Shown one piece after another: positions 10,645 through 24,017 of a DNA stretch of 37,783 bases. The notes below the pieces were generated by a model. The model made no database searches. It saw nothing but the letters and a program-made list of their open reading frames with translations, and was not told where the DNA came from. The stretch comes from Octopus bimaculoides. Taxonomy: Eukaryota. The stretch is taken from assembly GCF_001194135.2 (NCBI RefSeq), contig NC_068989.1:33670349-33708131 (forward strand), written 5' to 3'. How positions within the stretch are numbered: position 1 is the stretch's first letter; each line of letters opens with the position of its first letter. The position numbers were made by a program, and so were the translations under genes.

Positions 10645-13250
10645 GTATTGACAGTGTCTTCGAAGTTTCATTCAGCTAAGCCATCATCAGACTTGGCTTT
10701 ATACAGTCTCTGTTTCGATGAAATTTTTCTGGGGTTTGTGGGGTTTAATGAAAATTTGGTTGTAAGGTGAGTTATGATGGAAAGGTTTTGTGAAGGATTT
10801 TTTATTGATTAAATTGGGGGTTATCTTTTTGTTCAGAACTTATTCATGTGTGTAGGACTTTGTAAACTGGTGTGAATATTTAGGTGTCAGTTTCAGGCCA
10901 TGGCATTGTTTTTTTAGTTGTTCACAAAAAGGAGTAGGTAGAGAAAGTTTTTTAGTCAACAGGTGTGTCATTTGGTTTTAGCTATTTTTAGTTTTATTGG
11001 ATTTAATCCTTTGCTTTGGCAATGTAAAGTTCAAAGTTTAATCCTGCATTTAAAAACTCAGTAATTGGGTGTTAGCATTTTTTGTAATAGAATTTTTAAG
11101 GGTTCACAAAAGAATGTAAGTAGGTGTTGCATTTTAGCTGGTCAGTGAGCTTCTTTACTTGCTGTTGATGTTATTGAGGGTATTTCCTGTTTGTATTTGG
11201 AAGGTGTAGGTTATTAGTCAAACATGTCATGGTGTTAGTATAAAAATTTGCTTATCTTGTTTCAATGTTCTCAAGAGGGCGTGGATAGGTGTAAAGGTTG
11301 TTGATCAGTATATTTCTCTCTTGGAGTTCTTTATCCTATAAACAATGTGATTAGTATGTAAAAATTTTAACCATAAATGTAGGATTTATGGGCCTCCATT
11401 CTGTTTCAAATGTAGGTATTTTATAATATAATTTTAGGCCTATGGATATATGTGAAAGTGGGATGTTATAAAAAAGTGTTTTTAAAAATGTGGAAAAAGT
11501 AAAATTTAATTTTAGAAATATTTAATATTTAAAAACTTAAAAGAAGAAAGGGAAAATAAATAAAAGTTTTCTAACTTGCCTGCATATAATATATATGAAT
11601 GCATTGTAGGTTTCTGCACTTATGTTTTTTTTTTTGAGATTTTAGTTGGAGATTGGAGAAATTTTAGATAATTTCTTAATGTTTGTTTAGTGTAAATCTT
11701 TAAAAATTGTTTTTTTCGTCTATATCATGAGGATAATTGATGGTGAAGGTGGAAGGAAAGAAGTTTGTGAGATATCTTTTAGCTATTAGAAAAAACTATT
11801 GCTTTGAAATGGTGTAGTGTTTTTAAGATTTTGTGCTTGCATGAAGAGACTAGCTCAGAGTTTCAGTTCAGAAGTTAGTTCTTGAAAGTGAGAATATAGT
11901 CAAAGTTATTAGTACAAAGTCGGGAGGGTTTGTTGTTACCTTGGTATGATTGTGCATGTGAGAGTATTTTCCAGTTGTTCTAAACGGGTTATTTTTTTTT
12001 ATTTTAATACTCTTTTACTCGTTTCAGTCATTTGACTGTGGCCATGCTGGGGCACCACCTTTTAGTTGAGCAAATCGACCCCAGGACTTATTCTTTGTAA
12101 GCCTAGTACTTATTCTATTGGACTCTTTTTGCCGAACCGCTAAGTTACGGGGACATAAACACACCAGCCTTGGTTGTCAAGCGAAGTTGGGGGGACAAAC
12201 ACACACACAAACATATACATACACATACATATATATATATATANNNNNNNNNNNNNNNNNNNNNNNNNNNNNNNNNNNNNNNNNNNNNNNNNNNNNNNNN
12301 NNNNNNNNNNNNNNNNNNNNNNNNNNNNNNNNNNNNNNNNNNNNNNNNNNNNNNNNNNNNNNNNNNNNNNNNNNNNNNNNNNNNNNNNNNNNNNNNNNNN
12401 NNNNNNNNNNNNNNNNNNNNNNNNNNNNNNNNNNNNNNNNNNNNNNNNNNNNNNNNNNNNNNNNNNNNNNNNNNNNNNNNNNNNNNNNNNNNNNNNNNNN
12501 NNNNNNNNNNNNNNNNNNNNNNNNNNNNNNNNNNNNNNNNNNNNNNNNNNNNNNNNNNNNNNNNNNNNNNNNNNNNNNNNNNNNNNNNNNNNNNNNNNNN
12601 NNNNNNNNNNNNNNNNNNNNNNNNNNNNNNNNNNNNNNNNNNNNNNNNNNNNNNNNNNNNNNNNNNNNNNNNNNNNNNNNNNNNNNNNNNNNNNNNNNNN
12701 NNNNNNNNNNNNNNNNNNNNNNNNNNNNNNNNNNNNNNNNNNNNNNNNNNNNNNNNNNNNNNNNNNNNNNNNNNNNNNNNNNNNNNNNNNNNNNNNNNNN
12801 NNNNNNNNNNNNNNNNNNNNNNNNNNNNNNNNNNNNNNNNNNNNNNNNNNNNNNNNNNNNNNNNNNNNNNNNNNNNNNNNNNNNNNNNNNNNATATATAT
12901 ATATACATACATACATACATACATACATATGTGTAGATATAGTAGTTGGTGTCATGTTTGTAGTTACCATTTTGCTATAAACATATTGCTTGAGAGAATT
13001 TCCTTTAAGAAGGCAGGATAAAGGTGTTATACGATTGCAACTGTTATTATGTGTATGATTTAGGTTTTCCCTTTTAGACAATTTTTGGTGGTTGTAGTTG
13101 GCTACAACTTTTGCAAAGTTGTTGGTTGTGAAATATGACAGTTTTATGTTGTTTGTTAATTTGTAGTGGTTGTGGTGGAAATGTTTTAGCAGTATTTTGA
13201 AAAATAATTTAGGTATTGTATGTTGAAGGCAGGAGGTTTAAACATTTTTC
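10645..13250 (-). mobile_element. Heavily decayed Penelope-like element, interrupted by a SINE and a gap
   Basis: Minus strand is A/C-rich with remnants KLSYFTTNNFAKVVANYNHQK...NSCNRITPLSCLLKGNSLKQYVYSK (about 13170-12960) and LNAGLNF (about 11035-11055). It ends in a degenerate hammerhead (CTGATGA...GAAAC TTCGAA GAC) at about 10655-10695. Confidence 0.5.
12008..12243 (-). mobile_element. tRNA-derived SINE, 3' part plus microsatellite, running into a gap
   Basis: Same family as 1828-1938; continues gccgaaccgctaagttacggggacataaacacaccagc...ggggacaaacacacac. Confidence 0.85.
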
Positions 13251-13284
13251 TATTTTTATGTTTTTTTATTTATTGTACGAAATT

Positions 13285-14365
13285 TCATCATCATCATCAT
13301 TTAATGTCTGTTGTCCATGCTGACATGGGTTGGGCAGTTTGACCAGGGCTGGCAAGCTGGGGAGCTGCACCAAACTCCAGTCTGATTTGGTATGGTTTCT
13401 ATGGCTGGATGCCTTTCTTAACACCAACCACTTTACAGAGTGTGCTGGGTGCATTTACATGGTACTGCATTGGTGCTTTTATGTGGCAGTGAACAAGCAC
13501 TTTTACATGGCACAGCATGGGTGCTTTTATGTGGCGCTGCATGGACACTTTTATGTGGCATTGCATAGGCAGTTTTACATGGCACTTCATGGGCACTTTT
13601 ATGTGACACTGCACAGGCACTTTTACATGTCGCTGCACGGGTGCTTTTATGTAGCATCGCCATGAGTGCTTTACACCACCAGAAGGATCGGTCTTAACAC
13701 TTCAGCAAGGTACCAGGCATCTCAGTCCTTTATCATCTCACCTGAACATTTCAGCATCCTCAGGTCGTTCTTCAGTACTTCATCCTATGTATTCCTGGGT
13801 CTTCATCTATTTCCATGTGTTCTATCCACTTCCGTGTGTTGCATCCACTTCCATATGTTTCATCCACTTCTTTATGGAGCTGTCAGCATCCATCGGCATC
13901 ACATGACCAAACCAGCATAGTCTTCTCTCTTGCACTCAGCAACCAATTCCTCTTATGCCTAACTTTCAATACACTAGCACTCTGTCGAACATGTACACTT
14001 ATATTACACATCTAGTAGAGCATACTAGCCTTATTCCTTTCTAGCCTTTGCAAGTCCTCTGTATTCAGGGCCCATGTCTCACTACCATGTAGAATTGCTG
14101 TCCATATGCATGCATCATACACTCTTCCTTTCACTCAGAGAGAGAAACCTTTCATGACTGACACAGGTAACAACTCTCTGAATTTCCTCCATCCTATTCT
14201 TATTGTAGCTGTCACACTCACCGTGCATCCCCCACTACTAATTTGGTCCCCAAGACAGCAGATATCTGCTACCTCTAATGAGCCACTGCGGCATTTAAGA
14301 GAATCAATTCCATGAGTCTGTAAATTTTTTAGGGATCCTGTGCATCTTCTACATACAAAAGCCAT
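13285..14365 (-). mobile_element. 5'-truncated RTE-clade LINE: RT C-terminus plus 3' UTR with a 24-bp VNTR and (ATG)n tail
   Basis: YLGDQISSGGC...RIGWRKFRELLP...KGRVYDAC...HGSETWAL on the minus strand (14365-13740). About nine 24-bp units cttttatgtggcactgcatgggca at 13452-13670; (CAT)n at 13285-13300. Confidence 0.85.
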
Positions 14366-15135
14366 CTTTCTCTGATAACTTTTTTATTTATCCACTGCAC
14401 CTCTTGTGTGCCCATAGCTTACACTGGGTACACTGTATCCAAAGCAAAGTTAGGGATAAAATGACCAATACTTTTTTAGTACACGAACATGCTGTTCAAC
14501 TTACTAAAAATGTGGGATTGCGTAAAATCATGTAAAAAGAAAAAATTTAAACCAGGAATAGTTTCCCAAAAGTGGGGAGACCTCTGAGAGCCATAAAACT
14601 GTGGTCATCCTGACCACTAAGGCACATGCCCTGTATCAATTGTCCTCCAATCAACAGGCACAACTTCAGAGGAAGCCTGTTCACATGGACCATGCTCCTC
14701 TCTCTCATCCATCTTTCAACAAATTTGCTGGAAAGCAGCACATCTTTCTCCACTGTCACTTTCCTTTTGAAGCAATACTTAAAAAATTTTGAGGGCTTGG
14801 CTAAAGAGGAATGTGTTAATTCTCAGCCCTTTCAATTTCGTCCACCACCCAACCCCTTTCCCTAAAACACCAAACTAATAGACTTCTTGTCCTTGGGCTA
14901 TGGCAGATGTGAGACCCTAGCCCTAACTTTAATTTCCACAAGGGACACAGCTGATAGCTGGATCTGCCCCATACATTCAACAATGTATCCAGTAACATTT
15001 CCCATTTGATGATCAAAGAATACCAATTACATAATTTTATTAGCATATTATTTTATACTAGAAATCATATTCAAATTTTATTTAGATTATGAGTTTTGTT
15101 GCTTTATTGTTTCTTTCCAATGGCTTATTTCATAG

Positions 15136-15233
15136 TAACAGTGTGCAGAGAAGACACATCATTACCAAATCGTTCTTTAGCTGTTGTGAAGAAAGGAATC
15201 AAACGCAAAGTACATTTTAATCATAAATCAGAG
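15136..15233 (+). CDS. BRCA1: BRCA1 orthologue, internal exon
   Basis: Acceptor ttattttcatAG, donor GAG|GTTAGT. 98 nt, phase 1-0, open: (L)TVCREDTSLPNRSLAVVKKGIKRKVHFNHKSE. Phase matches both neighbours; no recognisable homology. Confidence 0.72.
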
Positions 15234-15895
15234 GTTAGTATAATTTCCCATTTTGCAGATTTTTCTAAAGTTATGTTCATGTTATGTTTTAATGTGTTCA
15301 TCCTTGATGTTAAATACATTAATGTCAAAACTAAATTGAGGAATCTCGATTAGAGGCTCTATTGGAAATTCAATTTTATGAAATAAAATATTCATTGTTG
15401 AACCAATGACACCAAATTTATTTTGAAATTAAATTAGTTCTGTAGGAGTAAATGCAGTGAGATAATTATAACACTGAAATAGATACTTTTAGTATTTACA
15501 GTGTTCTTCATCTATATACAGTGAATGAATGCCTGATTTGAAATTTAATGGTTCAGAGCAACTCAGACACCTATACTTTTTATAATTCAAATTAATTTGG
15601 TCTTACCTGTGTGGATTTAATGGAATACAAGCTGCATGAGTTAAATGAAGAGGTACAGTGTATACATTTGGTGTTAAAATGATGGGATACTTCGGATGTA
15701 ATGTTTTAAGCCACCAAATCATTAAAAAGAATTTTTTTAAACCCTTCATATGGTGTAACAGACATTTTGAAAGAATATCATCTAAGAGAATAAGACATGT
15801 TGTAAAACGTTTAACAGAATAATATTAATTGATAGGACTTTAGTATTTGTATAAATTGTTCATGTATTAAGCATGTGTCTTTAATTTTTTATTAG

Positions 15896-15959
15896 GTGCG
15901 AGATGTTACAAAAGTAGAAAATACACAGTTGAATGGTGAAAAATTAGCTAAAGTAAAAG
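15896..15959 (+). CDS. BRCA1: BRCA1 orthologue, internal exon
   Basis: Acceptor ttaattttttattAG, donor AAG|GTATTG. 64 nt, phase 0-1, reading VRDVTKVENTQLNGEKLAKVK. Phase-compatible with 15136-15233 and 29163. Confidence 0.72.
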
Positions 15960-16268
15960 GTATTGTAAGAAAAAATATATTTATCTATCAAAGGTTTCGT
16001 GAAGATATCCAAAAACATTGAACTAAAGGCATTATTCCATAGGATTGATAAACTTCTATATTTGAGTCTATCCAATCAGAACCTTAGCAAAAGAAAATAT
16101 CTGATATTGTATCAGTAAATTCATAACCATGTAAAAGACACATAAATGGTTTTATTATATTATTTTTTATAATTGCATTTCGTCAGCTTGCCTATGTTTG
16201 GCTTTAATCTCAGTAAAATGAACTAAAGGAAAAAAGTGGATCAGTGGCATGAATTTTAGGTATGTTAA

Positions 16269-16492
16269 CCCTTTTGATACTAATGCACTTGATCGTTGGT
16301 GATTACCCCTGGTCCTAGGATACAAACCTTTAAAATGATCTAATTTTAAACCTTCTATCAAAACTTTATCTCAGTTTATATTTCAAACACTAATTTAATA
16401 ATTATGAAGTTATTATACTAAATTCTTCATTATTTTCAAAATTAACTAAAGCCAATGTAGTGTATTTAAACAAAAATATGGTAACTAAAGGA
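16269..16492. mobile_element. piggyBac-type MITE (TTAA target)
   Basis: TTAA at 16265-16268 and 16493-16496 flank imperfect TIRs CCCTTTTGATAC / GTAACTAAAGGA (9/12 match). Confidence 0.65.
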
Positions 16493-18018
16493 TTAAAGGA
16501 TGATGTATTGAAAAAAGTTTGCAAATATTTCTCAGTTTATTTAAACTATCAATTAAAGTTGAAGAAAGAAAACAAAAATTCAGAAGTAATTGACAGAGGT
16601 TTCCAATGAAACGAAATTGTTTTTTATCAGTAAATGTTTTTGTTGACTGTTCAAGCAGGCTTCAGTAGACTACGCTTTGAGGCTAAGATCCAATAGCACC
16701 AAAATATGGCGATAGCTTTTCACCTTGCCTCATTAGGCATATAGATTAATTTTCAATTTTCTTGAAATTATCTCCCTTCTACTTCTGGCATAATAACAAT
16801 TGCAGGAATTTTGTTTTCTTTCTCCAAGTGAGAAATTTCAGTTTGATAATTTGGTGTGTACCTCATTCAGTTCATCATCTCTTATCTTTGATTTATGACA
16901 AGTCAGTTCTTGGTAATTTTTTAAAGGCTGTGGGTTGTTTTGATTATTTTTTTTTCTACTGAAAGACACTAATTTTTTTCAATCTTTTTCATTCTTATAA
17001 AATCTTTTTTGTTTTCAGTGTCATATATTCACTTTTCTTCAATGACATTATTTTGTTTATTTTCTTAGTTTTTACTGTTCATTTTGCTGCTTTATCATCT
17101 TGTTGTGATGTTTGTTGTGTATATTTAAATTTTTCCTTGCACGAAACTCTCCTCAATCTCATCCTCACATTCTAGTGTTGATCATATTTTTATATCAGGA
17201 ACTACTGGGGTTAGTAAGGTGTGTGGTGTTTAGTACTTATTCCCATACTTTGATTTCTTGTCTTTGTTTTGTAAAATCTTATTTGGTTACCATGATGACT
17301 CCTTTTCTAATGGTTATGTGGTTCTTTCATGCATGGAAACAGACATTTTTCAAAATATATTTTCTTACTATAAATATTAATTTGCTTATCGNNNNNNNNN
17401 NNNNNNNNNNNNNNNNNNNNNNNNNNNNNNNNNNNNNNNNNNNNNNNNNNNNNNNNNNNNNNNNNNNNNNNNNNNNNNNNNNNNNNNNNNNNNNNNNNNN
17501 NNNNNNNNNNNNNNNNNNNNNNNNNNNNNNNNNNNNNNNNNNNNNNNNNNNNNNNNNNNNNNNNNNNNNNNNNNNNNNNNNNNNNNNNNNNNNNNNNNNN
17601 NNNNNNNNNNNNNNNNNNNNNNNNNNNNNNNNNNNNNNNNNNNNNNNNNNNNNNNNNNNNNNNNNNNNNNNNNNNNNNNNNNNNNNNNNNNNNNNNNNNN
17701 NNNNNNNNNNNNNNNNNNNNNNNNNNNNNNNNNNNNNNNNNNNNNNNNNNNNNNNNNNNNNNNNNNNNNNNNNNNNNNNNNNNNNNNNNNNNNNNNNNNN
17801 NNNNNNNNNNNNNNNNNNNNNNNNNNNNNNNNNNNNNNNNNNNNNNNNNNNNNNNNNNNNNNNNNNNNNNNNNNNNNNNNNNNNNNNNNNNNNNNNNNNN
17901 NNNNNNNNNNNNNNNNNNNNNNNNNNNNNNNNNNNNNNNNNNNNNNNNNNNNNNNNNNNNNNNNNNNNNNNNNNNNNNNNNNNNNNNNNNNNNNNNNNNN
18001 NNNNNNNNNNNNNNNNNN

Positions 18019-18052
<34 letters not shown>

Positions 18053-18474
18053 GTTTGTCTCTCTGTAATAATTATTGTGGCATTTACTGTTAAATTAGCA
18101 GTTCCATACCTGTGCTTCTATTTCGTTCATTTGCTTATATTTTGCATACAAAAATGCAGACATACTATATACATACCACACAGTAAGCCATTATGCCTTA
18201 TTTTTTCAAGTAATTCATTACTACATATTCTTATGTGACTGCATAGGCTCACTTTGTTTCTTATTCTACAGCCACACCAGCAACTCAATGTCAACTCTTT
18301 GCCTTCTGCAAAATTTCAACAGTTCACTTCTCTGTTGCCGTCTCCCATTGCAGCCCATTTCCAGAATGTACCCATTTACGTACAATATCTCCATTACACT
18401 TCCATTCATTTGACTGTCAACTATATGATGGGTCATGTTACACACAGCGCTGACCGCCTCAAAGACGTGTATAT

Positions 18475-21400
18475 CTGCCCAATGTTTGAAGGTCATGCTT
18501 CACCACCTCATCCCAGGTCTTCCTGGGTCTACCTCTTCCACAGGTTCCCTCAACTGCTAGGGTGTGACGCATTTTCACACAGCTGTCCTCATTCATTCGC
18601 AACACATGACCATACCAGCGCAGTCGACTCTCTTGCACACTACATTTGATGTTTCTTAAATCCAACTTTTCTTTCAGGGTGCTTACACTCTGTTATGTAT
18701 GCACATTGACACATCCAGCGGAGAATACTGGCTTTATTCCTTGCAAGTTTACACATGTCCTCAGCAGTCACGGCCCATGTTTCACTGCCATGTAGCATGG
18801 CTGTTCATACACATGTCATACGGTCTACCTTTTACTCTGAGTGAGAGGCCCTTTGTCATCAGCAGAGGTAGGAGCTCTCTGAACATTGCCCGGGCTATTC
18901 TTATTCTAGTAGCTACACTTTCAGAGCACCCCCTCCCCGCTACTGACTTGGTCTCCTAGGTAATGGAGGCTATCAAATACTTGTAGTTTTTCTCCCTGGA
19001 ATATGACAGAAGCTGTTCTCTGTACATTTTCAGTGTTTATAGCACCTGAGCATTTTCCACAGAGAAAAACTATCTTCCCAGTTAGCCTTCCTTTGATATT
19101 GCTGCACCTCTTATGTGTCCATAGCATATACTGGATACATCTTATGGAGTTTCTACCTATGCCTTTTCTACAGTTTGAGCTGGGCCATCTACCTGAATGG
19201 ATTTGTGGTTTGTCTGCCTTCCTACTTATTAAGACTTTGGTTTTAACTAAGTTGACTCTAAGGCCCTTCGATTCTAATCCTTGCTTCCACACCTGAAACT
19301 TTTCCTCTAGTTCTGATAGTGATTCAGCAATTAGAGCAAAGTCATCAGCATAAAGGAGCTCCCAGGGACATCCTGTCTTGAATTCTTCTGTTATTGCCTG
19401 GAGGACTATGATGAATAGGAGGGGGCTGAGGACTGATCCTTAGTGGGCCCATACCCAGAATTCTTCACTGTACTCGTTGCCAACCCTCACCTTACTGACA
19501 GCATCTCAGTATATGGCTTGCACAGCTCTCACTAACCATTCATCTATCCCTAGTTTCCTCATTGACCACCAGATAAGGGATCGGGGGACCCTGTCAAAGG
19601 CTTTCTCCATGTCAACGAAAGCTAGGTACAGAGATTTATCTTTGNNNNNNNNNNNNNNNNNNNNNNNNNNNNNNNNNNNNNNNNNNNNNNNNNNNNNNNN
19701 NNNNNNNNNNNNNNNNNNNNNNNNNNNNNNNNNNNNNNNNNNNNNNNNNNNNNNNNNNNNNNNNNNNNNNNNNNNNNNNNNNNCTCTCTGTGACCTTCAT
19801 TACCTGATCCAACAACTTGATACCTCTGTAATTATTTGTATCTAAAGCGTCACCTTTGCTTTTGTAACAGTTGACTAAGGTGCTGCTACACCAGTCATTG
19901 GGTATGACTCCTTTGTGTATAACCTGGTTAACAATACGGATGACTAGGCTATAGCCGACACTGCCAGATATTTTGAGCATCTCTGCAGTGATTCCTGATG
20001 GGCTGGGGGCTTTCCCTGTCTTCATACTCTTAATTGCTTTATCTACCATAGTATTGTCAACTCGGATAGCTGGTCCCTCTGTTGGGTCGACATTTGGCAG
20101 ACTCTCTTTCTCCCATTCATCCTCTTTATTGAGCAACCTTTCATAGTGGCATCTCCAAACCTCTCTCATTGCAGCCTCGTTTAGTGCAAGTGTATCATCA
20201 TCCATGCTGACACATTTCTCTCCTACAACATCACGATTCTCTCTCACATGCTGTCTTGCAACACGAAATACTTCAAGTCTTTGGTCCTCACAGTGCAGAA
20301 CATTGACAAATTTTTTCTTATCTGCTTCCCCTCTGGCTAAATAAACCTGTCTCCTAGCTTCCCTTCTGGCAGTCTGATACAATTCCCTGCTACCACCGTT
20401 CTTTCAGTCCTTCCAAGTCTGTTTCTTTTCCCTAATAGCCCTGTCAACCACATTATTCCACCACTACGTTATTATGGATCAAGAGGGGACTTTGCACCAT
20501 CCACTGATCTGGTCAGTGGCTCTCAGCAGGTTGTCCCGTAGAAACCTCCAGTTGTCTTCCACATCATGTGATGTTGTATCCCCCTCTATTTTGTCAAAAG
20601 CTTTGAGTAATATGTCTCTAAATCTCTGTGCATTTGCAGGATCTTTAAGCTTCTAGACTCTTCTCCTCCATGCTTGTCGTCTTCTGGGCATCCATTTAGC
20701 CCTGATCCTGAAGTCGCTAACTACTAGTCTATGTTGTGGGGTACATTCTTCGCCTGGGAAGGTTTTGGCATTTATAAGCAGCCATCTTTCCTTTTTTTCT
20801 GGCGAGGATCTAGTCAATTTGGCTAGTGTGTTGAGCAGATCAGTAGGTGACTAGGTGACTGGCAGGTTTCCTGAAGTTAGTATTGCAAACCATAAGATCA
20901 TTTGCATTGCAGAACTCCAGCAGCCTGGTTCCCTCCTCATATCCTCCATGTATGCCATTGAAGCCCCCTGCATGTTGTCCAATATGTCCATTGAAGTGAC
21001 CAGTCACCAAGAAAAGGTCCCTATCATTCTTCAGCGAGGTAGTTTGCAAGAGGATGTCATAAAATCGGTCTTTCTGTCCATCAGGTAGCCCTGGCTGAGG
21101 GGCATAGGCCGAGATAATGGTTGCTAACCCATGATGTAGCCCTAATCTAATCTTAAGTATTCTATTGCATACTCTAACTACCTCGATTACCTTATCAACC
21201 CATTTTTCCGCAAGAAGTATACCTACACCCCCACCATCCCGTCAGTGTTCCCTGCCCAGAAAATCTTGTACCTGTGTTCTTTGCCTGTGAGGAACCTAGC
21301 AGAACCTCCTATCCACCTTACTTCTTGGATGCATCACAAATCTACACGTCTCCGTTCAAGCATCACAACAATCTTACCAGAGCTACCTTTCAGTGTGCCA

Positions 21401-21690
21401 ACACTGAGGGTGTGGGAGGTGTGGGCCCATGAGACCCTGGGATGGGGGACAGCAGTGTCATGTACCTGAAAAGAAAGCTCGCATTTGACTGAATTTATAA
21501 GTAAACAATAGCCTTCAACCTGCATACTCTACACCATTTTTATGTGCTATATAATTACTACCTTACATAGGGGATAAACCCTAAGTAGGGGTGGGGATGG
21601 CGTTAAGCCTTTAGATGTGTTCATGGGAGACAATCAAAGGATGACAGAGGATAGGGACTTCCGGTACAGGTGGTGTGGGTGGGTGGGCCA
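18475..21690 (-). mobile_element. Near full-length RTE-clade LINE, degenerate, 3' tail missing
   Basis: Minus-strand fragments in order: endonuclease (TLSVGTLKGSSGKIVVMLERRRVDL; GHFNGHIG; LMVCNTNFRK), linker, RT (KTGKAPSPSGITAEMLK...NYRGIKLL; WKQGLESKGLRVNLVKTKVL; YLGD) and C-terminus (RLRWYGHVLRM...GRGRPRKTW). About 3.2 kb. Confidence 0.9.
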
Positions 21691-21713
21691 ACGTACTACA
21701 AAATAGCAAAATT

Positions 21714-21754
21714 AGAATACGAATCCAGAAGAGCATCTTCTGGATTCGTATTCT
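21714..21754. other. Perfect 19-bp inverted repeat with a 3-nt loop
   Basis: AGAATACGAATCCAGAAGA-GCA-TCTTCTGGATTCGTATTCT. Confidence 0.95.
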
Positions 21755-24017
21755 TTTGGCGAAGTTATTAAAATGAAGTAGTGGAATCTAAGTCCGTGCG
21801 CTAGTTTATATAGGGTGGGGTGATGGAGGAGGAGGAAGTGTTGGCAAAGCAAGTGGTTATAGAAACAGAGAGAGAGGGGGCCAGAATTAGGCTTGTCAAG
21901 GATAGAATATGAGGGAGAAAAATATTTTTTGGGGATTTTGGGTAACATTATTTCATGAAACAGCAAATGCTTATAATAGTGAAATAGAATTGAAAAATCT
22001 TAGAATTTCCGGTCAGCCAATCTGTTACAAAGTTAGAGAAGTAAGTGATGATGTGACAAACTAGAATAAATGAATAGGTGGCGAATAGTAAATGCGCGTG
22101 AAGGAACTTAAGCTTATTTTAAGACAACAGCAAGGAAGATGAAACTATGTTTACATGGTAATGAAATAGATAGAATAATGAAAAGAACTAATAAGGGGTT
22201 AATGATCTGCGCGAGAAAAAAAACAAGATTTATCTGAGCATCTTCTGGATTCGTGCTCAGTGAAAACAAGCTATCAGCAAATATATTTTGCTTCAGTCTT
22301 TGGCCTGTTGTTATACTGGGACACCACATTGAAGGGTTTTTTGTCAATCACATTGGCTCCAACATTACTTTTATGTTTGGTGCTTATCTTTGTGATATTT
22401 TTGTTGCATTGCTAGTTACAGAACATAAAGAAAGACACTGTGTTTTTTTTTTAGAGGAATCTAATATTTATTTGCTTCCATTATGGCCTGCATATTTTGG
22501 TGAACTACATCTACCATCATTAAGATGCATCTCTGAGTCCCCAGAAACAGCTGTTGAACTTACCTCTTTCCCTTTAATATTCTCTGTCATTTGTAAGTTT
22601 GATCTATTAATATAAATAATTAATGAAATATATTCATACTTAAATATTCATCGTCTGAAAATCTGTCTTTGCTTTCTTTTTGTTTGCATGTATACATATG
22701 TATTTTGTATATCAAACCATGGCTAATATATTTAATTGGTTTATGCATGTGTGTGTGTTCTTTTTTTTTTTTCATATTAGTCTGTTTTTTCATTCTTGCC
22801 TCTCCTGAACTAACCCATATTTATTTTTCTGACTAAAGGATAATACATTCAAACATGGCTACAGACATGCATACATATGTATGCACATTGATCGTGTATA
22901 TATATGTGTATGAGAGTGTGTGTGTAAGGCTGTATGGTTAGAAGTTTGCTGCTCAATCACACTATAACCCTGGGATGACGAAAGTTTTGTGAGGGTTGAT
23001 AATGGGAATGGTATCTAGCTACACAAAATTTGTCTGATCTGTGCGAGCATAGAAAAGTGGATGTCTTGTGTGTGTGTGTATTACATGGATAATATTTTCA
23101 TCTGAGACATTATAACTGTATCTTATTGTTTAAGTGCTGCAATTTTGTCATGCACATATATTTTTTTGATTGCTGACATTTATCAATGGTTTCTCCCATT
23201 GTTTTGATGAGCTGTTGGTATTGTTGATGACACAGGTATGCTAGTCACTTAATTAAAAGTACAAGTAAAATGTAATGACCACGCTGTCATCTCCAGCCAT
23301 CACAAAAAAGTTATAAGGTATATTAGAATCAGATATGAATCTGTATGTATGTGCATAGCTGTGTATTGCTGAGGCATAACACCATGCATAAGTATCTTAA
23401 TATTAAATTGGTCAATGAACAAAGTATCAATCAAATACTGTGGCTGACATGTTAGACCACCCCTACCACTACCATCACCAAAAAGAGAAAAAAATTATAG
23501 ATCCATAAGTTGATGTGTTTGTGTGTCTTTATATGCTTTGCAAATGTGTAAAATATTTTGTAGATAAATCATTTATCCTCTTGTCTTAGAGTGAAAGATG
23601 ATGAAATTCTAATATGATCTGTACCACACCCAAAGACAAAACACCAACGATAAAAAAATAAATTTTCAACCACTCACAACTTTCACAGAACCTACACTAC
23701 ACACATACACAAGTCTACATACATTCTCTCTTTCTCTCTTTCTCTGTCTCTCAAACTCAGAATCCACACCATGTACATACAAGTGCACAAATACATACTT
23801 TTTCTCTTTTACATTTTCACTCACAATGCTGTAAGTATATACAGAATCTGAAAATTAGGAGACGGGCAAACCTGAAATAGAAAGGGCATGTCATAGATGA
23901 GTTTGTAAATGGTGTTGAAGGGACTAACAAATGAAGCTGATTGATTGACTGAATGATTAATCAAACAATTAATTACTTAATTGGTTAAATGGTTAACTAG
24001 TTAACTTATATTAATAA

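Noticed and set aside
13330-13665. ORFs with 8-aa His/Cys repeats (HGCFYVAL; HVKVPMQC)
   Set aside because: These are translations of the 24-bp VNTR in the RTE 3' UTR, open in several frames; there is no splice or start context.
813-15135. Three consecutive introns of nearly equal length (4654, 4747, 4758 nt)
   Set aside because: Their TE content is unrelated and two include estimated N-gap lengths; treated as coincidence.
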